Source: Heterodontus francisci (Eukaryota). From it: a stretch of 64,000 bases of DNA. Shown one piece after another: positions 53,947-64,000 of the stretch. Location of the stretch: positions 14,232,201 to 14,296,200 of the forward strand of contig NC_090393.1 in assembly GCF_036365525.1 (NCBI RefSeq), written 5' to 3'. Numbering within the stretch: the first letter of the stretch is position 1; every line of letters starts with the position of its first letter. The translations under genes were made by a program, and so were the position numbers. The notes below the pieces were generated by a model that was not told the origin of the DNA, made no database searches, and was given only the letters and a program-made list of their open reading frames with translations.

Positions 53947-54650
53947 CTTGAGGGAAAAAAAAAACAGTACAAATTAAATTTTCTAAAAAGAAAATATCAA
54001 GAGTTTTTTTTTGGGAGGGGAAGGTGGTTGCTTCAGTTCAACTTGTGAACTGTAAGGCCTTTCTTACAAATTAAATAAACCTAGTAGCGCAGCATAACCA
54101 GTGTGACAGCATTACATTGAATCCACAGACCACATATCTTGATGTCAGATTGTCTTTAAACACTCTTATGAGGACATTTTACTATGTTAGAGGAGCTATA
54201 TAAATGCAAGTGATTATTTTAAATTTGCGCTAACAGAAAATTATTCATCTGTTTGGTATCCTATTTATTCTTTCCCTTTTATAGGCTTTCCAAGTGAGCT
54301 GTGCCCAGGTGCCTGCTTCTACTGTGCTCACACTGGTTATCAGGAGGGTTGCAGCAATGGCCCATTGAAGACTTTCATGTTCTCTCGGATGCGAGAGAGC
54401 ACAGATCTGCGCTGCTGCGGCACAGCAGACTGGTAATCTGAAACACTGTGCCAATATTTTAGTTACACTATACAAGCTTAAAAAGACCTTTAGTAATCCT
54501 CGTGGTTCCTGCATCACTGGCTAATTCTGCCATTAACGTCCACTTGATGTTTAAGTATAGAACCACAATTTAAAACAAGTTTAATTCCCTCCCCTCCTTT
54601 ACATCTGTTAAAGTCCAGTTCTCAATCTGAGACACCCAATGCAGTCTTAC

Positions 54651-54811
54651 CTCTGTGCTCACTGTGCAATTTCAGACGCTGGTTGTAGAGGTTCTTCTCA
54701 GTTAGGTGCTGAATCTCAAGCAAACCTTGCACAATCTCAAAGACCGTGCCATCTATCAAAGCCAAGGCCAGGTTACTTAGTATATCATAAGACAATCGTT
54801 GTTGGCATGAG
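54651..54811 (-). CDS. DGCR6: DGCR6 coding exon 2 (161 nt)
   Basis: CCATTTTTAG|C TCA TGC ... AGA G|GTAAG; encodes [53 protein letters not shown]. Confidence 0.94.
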
Positions 54812-55889
54812 CTAAAAATGGAAGAAAAAAGCCATTACAAGAAAGTTGATCTCTGATCAATCAGGATCTGCAGAAAGAACAGGAGTAGACTGTTTATCAT
54901 AGCTGGTAAAAAATGCAGATGGAAAAGAAAAAGAGAAAGGGAAGGGAAAAAGCATGAGGGGGTTGAGTGGAGGTGGGGGGGGGGGGGGGGGGCAGAAGTG
55001 GAATGATCTTTGAATGCTTTATGAAAAACAGGTTAAATGGCTGAACTGATAGTATCATGAGGCAATAGGAAGTAAAATAAAAGAAATTTAAGAGATGCAG
55101 TGTGTATATTTTCCTACATATTCCCATTGTTCTATTCCTTTTTCAATACCACTCATCTGTAATTCTTTTCCAGTTCTGATGGAAGTTTCTGCCCTGAAAA
55201 GTTAACTTGTTTGTTCTCTCTTTTAATTAAAGACGACGACACTGGGACAGCCCAGTGTCATCAAATGAAAATGTGTCCCATTTTTAGACAGCACAACTAA
55301 TTAAAACAAAAATAAGGAAAACAAAAGTTACAGGTGGCTTAGGAGTCTGAGAAGTAACTTCAAACCAAATGATGGAATTGCTCCGTTCAACACTCTCCAC
55401 CCCAGATTCACCAATGGTGCAGGGGCTGACTCCAGCAATTAATTATCACCCACATCTGAGTATTGGCATCAACATTCTATAGTGGAGAATATAATTCAAT
55501 TCAAGGACACTAGTTGAAGATGGGCCTGTTAAATATCTCAATCGTTCAAATTATTTCCAACCAGGAAAGTTACTAGACTCCAGCATGAGTGAAATGAACA
55601 CAAAAATTAGTTTCCTTCAGTGACAACTATTCTATGCTTGTGAAGGGGGTCAGGCTTCGGGGATAGGGAAGTATTTTAGGTTTATTTACTGAGCTAATCT
55701 TTTTGCAGATTCTAAAAAGGGATTCATTACATTTGCTTTGAAATCAATGACCATTTGTCTCATCTTTAAATTGCACGATGGGGCAATAGACAACATGAAC
55801 AATACTGCAGTTGTGTATAAAACAGGATTCAAAAATGCAGAGCTGAAAAGTGCCAAACAGATGTTTGGGTATTTCAAAATAAGAAAAAA

Positions 55890-56250
55890 ACAACTTGCAT
55901 GTATACAGCCCCTTTTATGACCGTAGGATGTCCCAAAGTGCTTTACAGCCAATGAAGTATAGGGAACTTGGCAGCCAATTTGTGCACAGCAAGCTCCCAC
56001 AACAAGCAATGTGACAATGACCAGATAAACATTTTTTGTGATGTTGAATGAGAGATAAATATTGGCCAGGACACCAGGGATAACCCTGCTCCTCTTTGAA
56101 TAGTGCCATGGGATCTTTTATGTCCACCTGGGAGGACAGACAGAGTCTTGGTTTAACATCTTATCTAAGATGGCACCTCTGACTGTGCAGCACTCCCTCT
56201 GTACTGCACTGAAGTGTCAGCCTTGATTTTATGCTGAAGTCTTGGAGCAC
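55890..56250 (-). mobile_element. DeuSINE/SacSINE-like SINE
   Basis: Reverse complement of the 9371-10030 type core and tail. Confidence 0.6.
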
Positions 56251-56468
56251 AAAATTATTTAAATTTAAAGAAAGCAATTACCAATTTCATGCTTTGTGAA
56301 GTTGAATTTTGTGAAACATTTAAAAAATACATTAAAGATTTATAACAAGGCATTCAAGTACAAAACCATTCATTACTCAATGGCTTCAGCTTCAATATTC
56401 TCAGCAAGATTGCAGGAACAGCCAAAAAATTTTGAGTCTTAGAATGCATGAATTCAATATTCTGCTAC

Positions 56469-56578
56469 CTTGATAAGTCTTTGACCAGACTCTGCAGCTG
56501 AGAGAGAAGGTGGTAATGCTGTTCCTGCTGTTTAGCGATATCTGCTGGCTCTTCATAAACCCCAATATTTTTATTCAT
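56469..56578 (-). CDS. DGCR6: DGCR6 first coding exon (110 coding nt; exon probably starts at 56653)
   Basis: ATG AAT AAA ... TCA AG|GTAGCA; encodes MNKNIGVYEEPADIAKQQEQHYHLLSQLQSLVKDLS(S). In-frame TAA upstream; acceptor TCTGTTTTAG|GAG at 56653. Five exons = 591 nt = 196 aa + stop. Confidence 0.9.
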
Positions 56579-56698
56579 CTCTGAATGGTAGCCTCACGAT
56601 TAAATCACTCCAGTAGCAAGATGCTTGTTCCCGTCAACTAGGAGCCTCCTCTCCTAAAACAGAGATTTTAATAATCAGTTCGAATGCAGCTGAAGTGC

Positions 56699-57783
56699 AG
56701 AATGGTGCCCTAGCAAAACTGAAGTCAATGGGAATCGGGGGAAACTCTCTACTAGTTCGAGTCATACCTAGCGCAAATTTGGTTGTGGTTGTTGGAGGTC
56801 AATCATCTCAGCTCCAGGACATCACTGCCGGAGTTCCTCAGGGTAGTGTCCCAGGCCCAACCATCTTCAGCTGCGTCATCAATGACCTTCCTTCAATCAG
56901 AAGGTCAGAAGTGGGGATGTTCGCTGATGATTGCACAATGTTCAGCACCATTCGCGACTCCTCAGATACTGAAGCAGTCCGTGCAGAAATGCAGCAAGAC
57001 CTGGACAATATCCAGGGTTGGGCCGATAAGCGGCAAGTAACATTCGCACCACACAAGTGCCGGGCAATGACCATCTCCAACAAGAGAATCTAATCATCTC
57101 CCCTTGACATTCAAAGACATTACGATTACTGAATCCCCCACTATCGACATCCTGGGATTACCATTGACCAGAAACTGAACTGGAGTAGCCATATAAATAC
57201 CATGGCTACAAGAGCAGGTCAGAGGCTAGGAATCCAGCAGCAAGTAACTCATCTCCTGACTCCCCAAAGCCTGTCCACCATCTACAAGGCACAAGTCAGG
57301 AGTGTGATGGAATACTCTCCACTTGCCTGCATGGGTGCAGCTCCAACAACACTCAAGAAGCTCGACAGCATTCAGGACAAAGCAGCCGCTAGACAGGCAC
57401 CTCATTCACAAACATTCACTCCCTCTACCAACGTGTACCATCTACAAGATACACTGCAGCAATGCATCGAGGCTCCTTAGACAGACCCATGACCTTTACC
57501 ACTTAGAAGGACAAGGGCAACAGATGCATGGGAACACCACCATCTGCAAGATCCCCTCCAAGCGACACAACATTGTAACTTGGAACTATATTGCCATTCC
57601 TTCACTGGCGCTGGGTCAAAATCCTGGAACTCCCTTCCTAACAGCAGCTCTGTGGCTGTACCTACCCCACATGGACTGCAGTGGTTCGAGAAGGCAGCTC
57701 ACCACCACCTTCGCAAGGGCAATTAAGGATGGGCAATAAATGCTGGCCTAGCCAGTGACACCCACACCCCATGAATGAACAAA
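56699..57783 (+). mobile_element. CR1-clade LINE, 5'-truncated RT + 3' end
   Basis: AGVPQGSVPGPTIFSCVINDLPS..GMFADDCT, IYKAQVRSVMEYSP; tail ATGAATGAACAAAAA. Confidence 0.88.
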
Positions 57784-58689
57784 AATGTGAACTGAAAACT
57801 TTAAATATTGGTCAGCCAGTGAAACTCGCATTCTTGTGAGCCTACCAGCAGGCTCATGGCAAATGTTGCCCTATGTGCACTGCAAGCAAATATTCTGGCC
57901 AGATTGGTGTAACTGAATCATTTATATGTTTAAAATATAAGCAGAGGATGGCCAAACTGCAACTCCCCTGCAATGCAAACAGATTATTGTTGTTTGTGGG
58001 ACCTTGCTGCACACAAATTGGTCACCCCCATTTTACAGCAGCAACTCCACTTCAGAAAGTGCTTCATTGGCTGCGAAGCACTTTGGGACATCCTGAGGTT
58101 GTGAAAGGTGCTATATAAACACAAGTCCCACCAACTGGAGTTGGATGTTGCCTTAGAGTTTCATCACATGACCTCCAACCACCCCACCTAGTTGAAAAGC
58201 CTGATTTCCCCCTCCATCACCAATATTTTTATAGCTAATAACTATAAGAAAAAATGTTCAAAGAGCATTTTAAAACATACTTTAAATGCCCGTGTTTTGT
58301 TCTCCCGCGTTTTTTGCACAACACCCAGAACGTTAATCTTTAATTCCCAAAGACTCCAGGGCAATGAGGGAGGGTTAACACCCCCGATTCTGGGTGAAAT
58401 CAGTACTGAGTTAGGGAACTTACCCAGTGTCTGTACAGAATACATATGTAAACTAATCCAAACAACCCCCACCCCCAAGAAATAACTTCTAAAATACGCC
58501 TTAATGCTCTAATTCATTCCTCAATACAATAAAACGACAGGGCGAATACCGTTGAGAAAAAAGGAACGCCTCCTTCACACAAAGGGAAACAATTGAGACA
58601 TCTATTTTTAAAAAAAGTATTAATTAAAACAAAAAATCCCGCAACTAACTGAAAAATACCAGACCCATTTCAGAGTAAATTCCAGACCG

Positions 58690-59040
58690 GGCCACGCTCG
58701 CAACGACTCTAACCGTCCCTCCTCGCGTCTCCCTGCAGGCGCCATCTTGAGTGTGACCTTCCCAACGGCCTTTAACCGTCTCACCCCGTGTCACCGCCAT
58801 TTTGAATGTGGCGCCGCAACGGCTTCGACCGTCTCACCTCTCCTCGCCCTGTCGCCGCCATTTTGAATGTGGCAGCCTCAACAGCTTTAACCTTCCCTCT
58901 CCGCGTCTCCCTGCCTCCGCCGCCATCTTGCGTGTGGCTGCTGGAGGGCGGGGCTGTGATGACGTCACAGCGTATCCCACGTTAACTGGCGTAAGCCCAG
59001 AAGGTTCTGTGTTGGTTCGCCGGTGGAAAATTGACGTGAA
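58690..59040. promoter_or_regulatory. CpG-rich DGCR6 promoter/first exon with four YY1-type motifs, GC box and CRE
   Basis: Four CGCCAT(C/T)TTG motifs (CAARATGGCG on minus); GGGCGGGGC at 58946-58954; TGACGTCA at 58960-58967; minus-strand donors GTGAGA at 58837 and 58784. Confidence 0.75.
58701..58940. repeat. Degenerate tandem repeat, 4 units of 54-62 bp
   Basis: Units start at 58701, 58763, 58817 and 58879; each follows caac...acc.tc...cgccat.ttg..tgtg. Confidence 0.85.
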
Positions 59041-59334
59041 TTAGATGGGGTGGTGGTCTGAGGTGAAAGCAAGGCGCCATTCCACCTGAGATGTAGAAAG
59101 TTTATTTCCCTGGGTTGCTGGTTCTGTTAGAGATGTTTGTGAGGGGGAATAGGGCTAGTTGGGTAGGATTGTCTCTGCTCTAATCAAGATGTGATGGAGG
59201 AGGTTGTGGAGGGGGCTAGTATGAAGTTTGGGGCTGAGTGGCCTGTTTCTATGTATGTTGGCAGTTAGTAATGGCAATGCAAACGGTTCCATTGCATGTG
59301 ATTTTACAATTTTTAATATTTGCTTATTTTGTTA

Positions 59335-59730
59335 GGTGTCAGCTATAGCTCAGTAGGTAACACTCTTGCTTCTGAAGGTTATGGTTTCAGCTCCCAGTCC
59401 AGAGACTTGACCGCAGAATCTAGGCTGGCACTCACAGGGCTGTAATTGAGGGAGTGCTGCACTGCTGGAGGTGCTGTCTCTTGGGTGAAATGTTAAACCA
59501 AGGTTGGAAAAGACCACATGGTGCTGTTTCCAAGAGCGTGGGAGTTCTTCCTGCTCAAAAATTATCCCTCAACCAACATCACTAAAGTCTCTGTGGAGCT
59601 TGCTGTGTGCAAATTTGCTGCTGAATTTCCCACAGCAGTGACTATGCCTCAATAAGTATATTATTGGCTGTAAAGTGCTTTGGAATGACCTGGGGTCATG
59701 AAAGTGTGATTATAAATGCAAGTCTTTTAA
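59335..59730 (+). mobile_element. DeuSINE/SacSINE-like SINE
   Basis: GTCAGCTATAGCTCAGTAGGTAACACTC head; AAATGCAAGTCTTT tail. Confidence 0.6.
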
Positions 59731-59973
59731 TATTTTATTTAGGACCTCCCCCATTTGCTTCTATCCATCCTTCTGTTTGTGAGAGCCCCACAATGTTGGG
59801 ATGCTTATCCACAGTTCCAGTTGGACCAGTTATATGATTGGGCCAATACAGAGAGAGCAAGACTTGCTCTGGTCCCTTATTGGAAAGTTTAAAAACTTTG
59901 CCCCTGTATGTAAATTCCTCCACAGCCTTGCTCCACACTACTTAAAGCCTTACCTGTCCTAATCGATCCTTAT

Positions 59974-61914
59974 ATAATAAAAGCAAAATACTGCGGATGC
60001 TGGAAATCTGAAATGAAAACAAGAAATGCTGGCACCACTGAGCAGGTCTGGTAGCATCTGTGGAAAGAGAAACAGTTAACGTTTCGGGTCAGTGACCCTT
60101 CTTCGGAACTGGCAAATATTAGAAATGTTAGAGGTTATAAGCAAGTGAGCCAGGGGTGGGGCAAGAGATAACAAAGGAGAAGGTGTAGATTGGACAAGGC
60201 CACATAGCTGACCAAGAGGTCATGGAGCAAAGGCAAACAATATGTTAATGGTGTGTTGAAAGACAAAGCATTAGTACAGATTGGGTTTTAACGAACTGAG
60301 GATTGAATATCAGCAAGTACAAACATGAAAAAAACAGTGGGTAAGCAAACTGAACAACCTACAATGAAATGAAATTAACAAAAGAAAAAAAATTGTAAGA
60401 AAGAAAAAATAACTAAATAAAAGTAAAATGGGGGGCCCGTCATGCTCTGAAATTATTGAACTCCATGTTCAGTCCGGCAGGCTGTAGTGTGCCTAATCAG
60501 AAAATGAGATGCTGTTCCTCGAGCTTGCGTTGATGTTCAGTGGAACACTGCAGCAATCCCAGGATAGAGCAGGGGGCAGTGTTGGAATGGCAAGCAATCG
60601 GAAGCTCAGGAGCCTGCTTGTGGACTGAGCGGAGGTGTTGCGCAAAGCGGTCACCCAGTTTGCGTTTGGTCTCCCTGATGTAGAGGTGACCACATTGTGA
60701 GCAGCAAATACAGTATACTACATTGACAGAAGTACAAGTAAATCGCTGCTTCACCTGAAAAGACTGTTTGGGGCCTGGGATGGTGAGGAGGTAAATGGGC
60801 AAGTATTACATCTCCTGCGATTGCAGGGGTAGGTGCCATGGGACGGGGACAAGGTGGTGGGGGTAATGGAGGAGTGGACCAGGGTGTCGCGGAGGGAACG
60901 ATCCCTTTGGAATGCTGACAGGAAGGGAGGGGAAGATGCGTTTGGTAGTGGCATCATGCTGGAGGTGGCGGAAATGGCGGAGGATGATCCTTTGGATATG
61001 GAGGTGGAAAGTGAGGACAAGGGGAACCCTGTCACGGTTCTGGGAGGGAGGGGAAGGGGTGAGGGTAGAGGTGCGGGAAATGGGCCAGACACGGTTGAGG
61101 GCCCTGTCAACAACAGTGGGGGGGAAATCCTCGGTTGAGGAAAAAGGAGGTCATATCAGAAGCACCGTCATGGCATCATCAGAGCAGATGCGTCGGAGAC
61201 GGAGAAACTGGGAGAATGGAATGGATTCCTTACAGGAGGTAGGGTGTGAAGAAGTGTAGTCCAGGTAGCAGTGGGAGTCGGTGGGCTTATAATGGATATT
61301 AGTAGACAACCTATCCCCAGAGATGGAGATACAGAAGTCGAGGAAGGGAAGGGAAGTGTCAGAGATGGACCATGTAAAGGTGAGAGAAGGGTGGAAATTG
61401 GAAGCAAAGTTGATAAAGTTTTCCAGTTCAGGGCGGGAGCAGGAAACAGCACCGATACAGTCATCAATGTACCGGAAAAAGAGTTGGGGGAGGAGGCCTG
61501 AGTAGGACTGGAACAAAGAATGCTCGACATATCCCACAAAAAGACAGGCATAACTAGGACCCATGCGGGTACCCATAGCAACACCTTTAACTTGAAGGAA
61601 GTGAGCGGAGTTGAAGGAGAAGTTGTTCAATGTGAGAACAAGTTCAGCCAGGCGGAGGAGGGTGGTGGTGGATGGGGACTGGTTGGGCCTCTGTTCCAGG
61701 AAGAAGCGGAGAGCCCTCAAACCATCCTGGTGGGAGATGGAGGTGTAGAGCGATTGGACGTCCATAGTGAAAAGGAGGCGGTTGGGACCAGGAAACTGGA
61801 AATTGTCAAAATGACGTAGGGCCTCAGACGAGTCACGGATGTAGGTGGGAAGAGACTGGACCAGCGGAGAAAAGATAGAGTCAAGATAGGAAGAAATACG
61901 TTCAGTGGGGCAGG
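59974..61914 (-). mobile_element. 5'-truncated Penelope-like retroelement (RT + GIY-YIG endonuclease + terminal repeat)
   Basis: ORF 61151..62032: LFTMDVQSLYTSI, GVAMGTRMGPSYACLF, FFRYIDD, YKPTDSHCYLDYTSSHP. ORF 60497..60802: NVVYCICCSQCGHLYIRETKRKLGDRFAQH (GIY-YIG). TSD-like AT(C/T)GATCCTTAT at 59962-59973 and 61915-61926. Confidence 0.92.
60073..60111 (-). ncRNA. Minimal hammerhead ribozyme-like motif in the Penelope terminal repeat
   Basis: Minus strand CAGTT CCGAAGA A GGGTC-ACT-GACCC GAA ACGT T AACTG: perfect 5-bp stems I and II, palindromic ACGU stem III; core has a U4->C variant. Confidence 0.55.
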
Positions 61915-62991
61915 ATTGATCCTTATGTGGCTCAGTGTTATTCTGATCGATAATGCCATTGTGACACGCTTTGGGATGTTTTACTACGTTAAAGACGCCA
62001 TATGAATGCAACTTGTTGTGGGAACTATACAATTGAAGTTGTTACTTAGTTTCAGGTTGCATCTCAGCAGAACCCAGCATTTTAAGATCATATTGATATT
62101 TAATATCTGGTTCTGTGGTGTTGCTGAGGTGCCACTTTAAAAATACTAATTTGTACGTAATTATGTATATGAATTTTCCAGATGGAGTGGGAGGAGCAGG
62201 CTTCGAAGACAGATACAAGTGTCAAATTTGGACTTGGGGGAGAGATTAAAGGAGTGAATTAGATCCCAAAGATCTGAGAGCTCAAAAGTGCTGCTTAATC
62301 CAAGTGTTTGACAACAGCAAATAACTTAAAACGTGGCCCCCAAATGTAGATACGCCCAGAAAATGGATGCTTAAGAGAGCAAGTTTAATTTAAGTGACTG
62401 GTGAAACCCTTGTCCATCGATATTTAAAACACGATGTGAAAGTGACTTGTTCTGTCCGTTGACGGGTTGGAGCTTGCAAATCAGCTTTGAATAGAAAAAT
62501 CTTTAAGTACACTTTACTTCCCGTTCATTTTTTTTAAAGTTTCAGTAAAATGGTTAATAAGTGCTGTCTGTTTTGGTAAAGTATAAAATGAATACAAGGC
62601 AAAGTGCTCCCTGGATGAACTAAACAGCGACTAGCCAAGGTAGAAAATAGCATCCTTGGAAACACCTCTCACTAGTCTGAAAATCCGCCTTCCTCCTTCT
62701 CCCTTGCTTCTAGTAGAGTTAAGTAAACCAATGCATGGTTGCCATAGAGCTGCCAACAAGAGAGCAACAATTGAGGAGGAGTGGCTGAGCGTGAAGGGAG
62801 TGAACCGGTATAAATTGATTCAACATTGCAACGCAAAATAGCAAGCGACGGGAACAGGAAGAGGTTTTTCCACAGTTGTGAGGAGCGTCTGCTTGCCTTG
62901 GATCGATGGGAACCTGTAGTTTTTAATCTTATAATGCATTCTGTAAGGAGATGAATGCATGTCATCATACAGTGTTTTTTTTATACTGCAG

Positions 62992-63098
62992 TTCAATGCG
63001 ATTGCATTCCTGATGCCAGCGATTTTAATACTTGGAGGGAGCCCTTGGTATTAGTAAATGGCCACCGCAGCTGCTACAGAACAAAAAGCCCCAGCATG
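62992..63098 (+). other. Candidate exon of an unidentified plus-strand gene
   Basis: Acceptor TTTTTTTTATACTGCAG| and donor CATG|GTAAGT in non-repeat sequence. Contains AAATGG at 63056-63061, giving MATAAATEQKAPA.. No recognisable homology. Confidence 0.35.
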
Positions 63099-63309
63099 GT
63101 AAGTGCCCATGCATTAGACCGAAAGTATTTGGTTTTGCAAATATTGAGGCTATTCAGGCAGGTATTCCACGGCACTATTTCTTCTGTCATCTGCTTGATT
63201 CCAGCGTAATTATAAGTACAGATCTGATTCCCACTTCTGTCCATATCTTATGGATTCAGTAGAATATATTCATTTGTAAAGGGGTAAGAGTTAGATTTTT
63301 GGAAGTATC

Positions 63310-63722
63310 AACAACAACTTGTATTTACATAGTGCCTCTAACAGTAAACAGCCCCAAGGTGCTTCACCAGAGTGTTAACAAACAAAATTAGACACTGAGC
63401 CGCATGAGATATTTTGACCAGTGACCTAAAGCTTGGTCAGAGGCAGGTTTTAAGGGGGTGTCTTAAAGGAGGAAAGAAAGGTGGAGAGGTTTAGGGAAGG
63501 AACTCCAAAACTTGGTACCTAGTAGCTGAACGCACAGCCACCATGGTGGAATGATTAAAATCGGGGATGTGCATGGGCCCAGAATTGGAGGAGAGCGTAG
63601 AGATTTCAGTGGGTTGTAGAGCTGGAGGAGGGTACGGAGATAGGGGGGTGTGAGGCTATGGAGTGATTTGAAAGCAATGATGAGCATTTTAAAAGTGAGG
63701 CCTTGCTGGACTGGGAGCCAAT
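63310..63722 (-). mobile_element. L2 LINE 3' fragment
   Basis: ILIIAFKSLHSLTPPYL-type ORF end and (GTT)n tail; similar tails at ~2885-3000, 4260-4440 and 17786-18000. Confidence 0.75.
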
Positions 63723-64000
63723 TCTTTGCCCTGTACTATAGTAGAGTATCACTAAAGGATAACCATCATCTTGAAAGTGATACTTATTTGAAGAAGAACT
63801 CTTCGCATGTTACCGTCAATGCAATCACATGCTGTTGGGTCGGGTGTTCCAGGATTTTGACTCGGGAACAGTTATATAGTTCCAAGTCAGGATGGTGTGT
63901 GACTTGGAGGGGGAATTTGGATGTGGTACCCAAAGTTTTAACTTACACTTTAATGTGTGTACTTGCATGGCACTGCATGGTATTTGATGCGATGATATGT

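Noticed and set aside
58701-58940. Repeat-spacer appearance suggesting a CRISPR-like array
   Set aside because: Vertebrate locus with no cas genes, and the spacers are homologous to one another, so this is a diverged tandem repeat.
60751-61959. Several overlapping ORFs on both strands
   Set aside because: Alternate-frame or antisense shadows of the Penelope RT region.
62182-62262. TTTTCCAG|ATG followed by a short ORF (MEWEEQASK...)
   Set aside because: Stops after 26 codons, with no convincing donor and no recognisable homology.

Overview
Eukaryotic genomic DNA. The HE1-type SINEs, CR1/L2 LINEs and Penelope-like elements point to a cartilaginous fish (shark-like). Two complete multi-exon genes on the minus strand can be assembled by hand with GT-AG junctions and continuous reading frames. 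SLC7A4 (CAT-4) has 4 coding exons, 23441->2623, 650 aa, with a probable non-coding first exon and promoter near 39.2-39.4 kb. DGCR6 has 5 coding exons, 56578->49643, 196 aa, with a CpG-rich promoter at about 58.7-59.0 kb. Most of the rest is transposon-derived: CR1, L2, Tx1-like, RTE and Penelope-like elements, tRNA-derived SINEs, solo LTRs and MITEs, often nested. The most notable items are (i) four copies of a minimal hammerhead-ribozyme-like motif, three of them in Penelope terminal repeats; (ii) a DGCR6 promoter/first exon built from four tandem ~60-bp units, each with a YY1 site containing an ATG; (iii) a hAT-like MITE and solo LTRs with target-site duplications; (iv) near-identical and inverted SINE pairs; (v) a candidate plus-strand promoter and exon near 62.7-63.1 kb. 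Repeat boundaries are approximate unless TSDs are quoted. No database searches were run.
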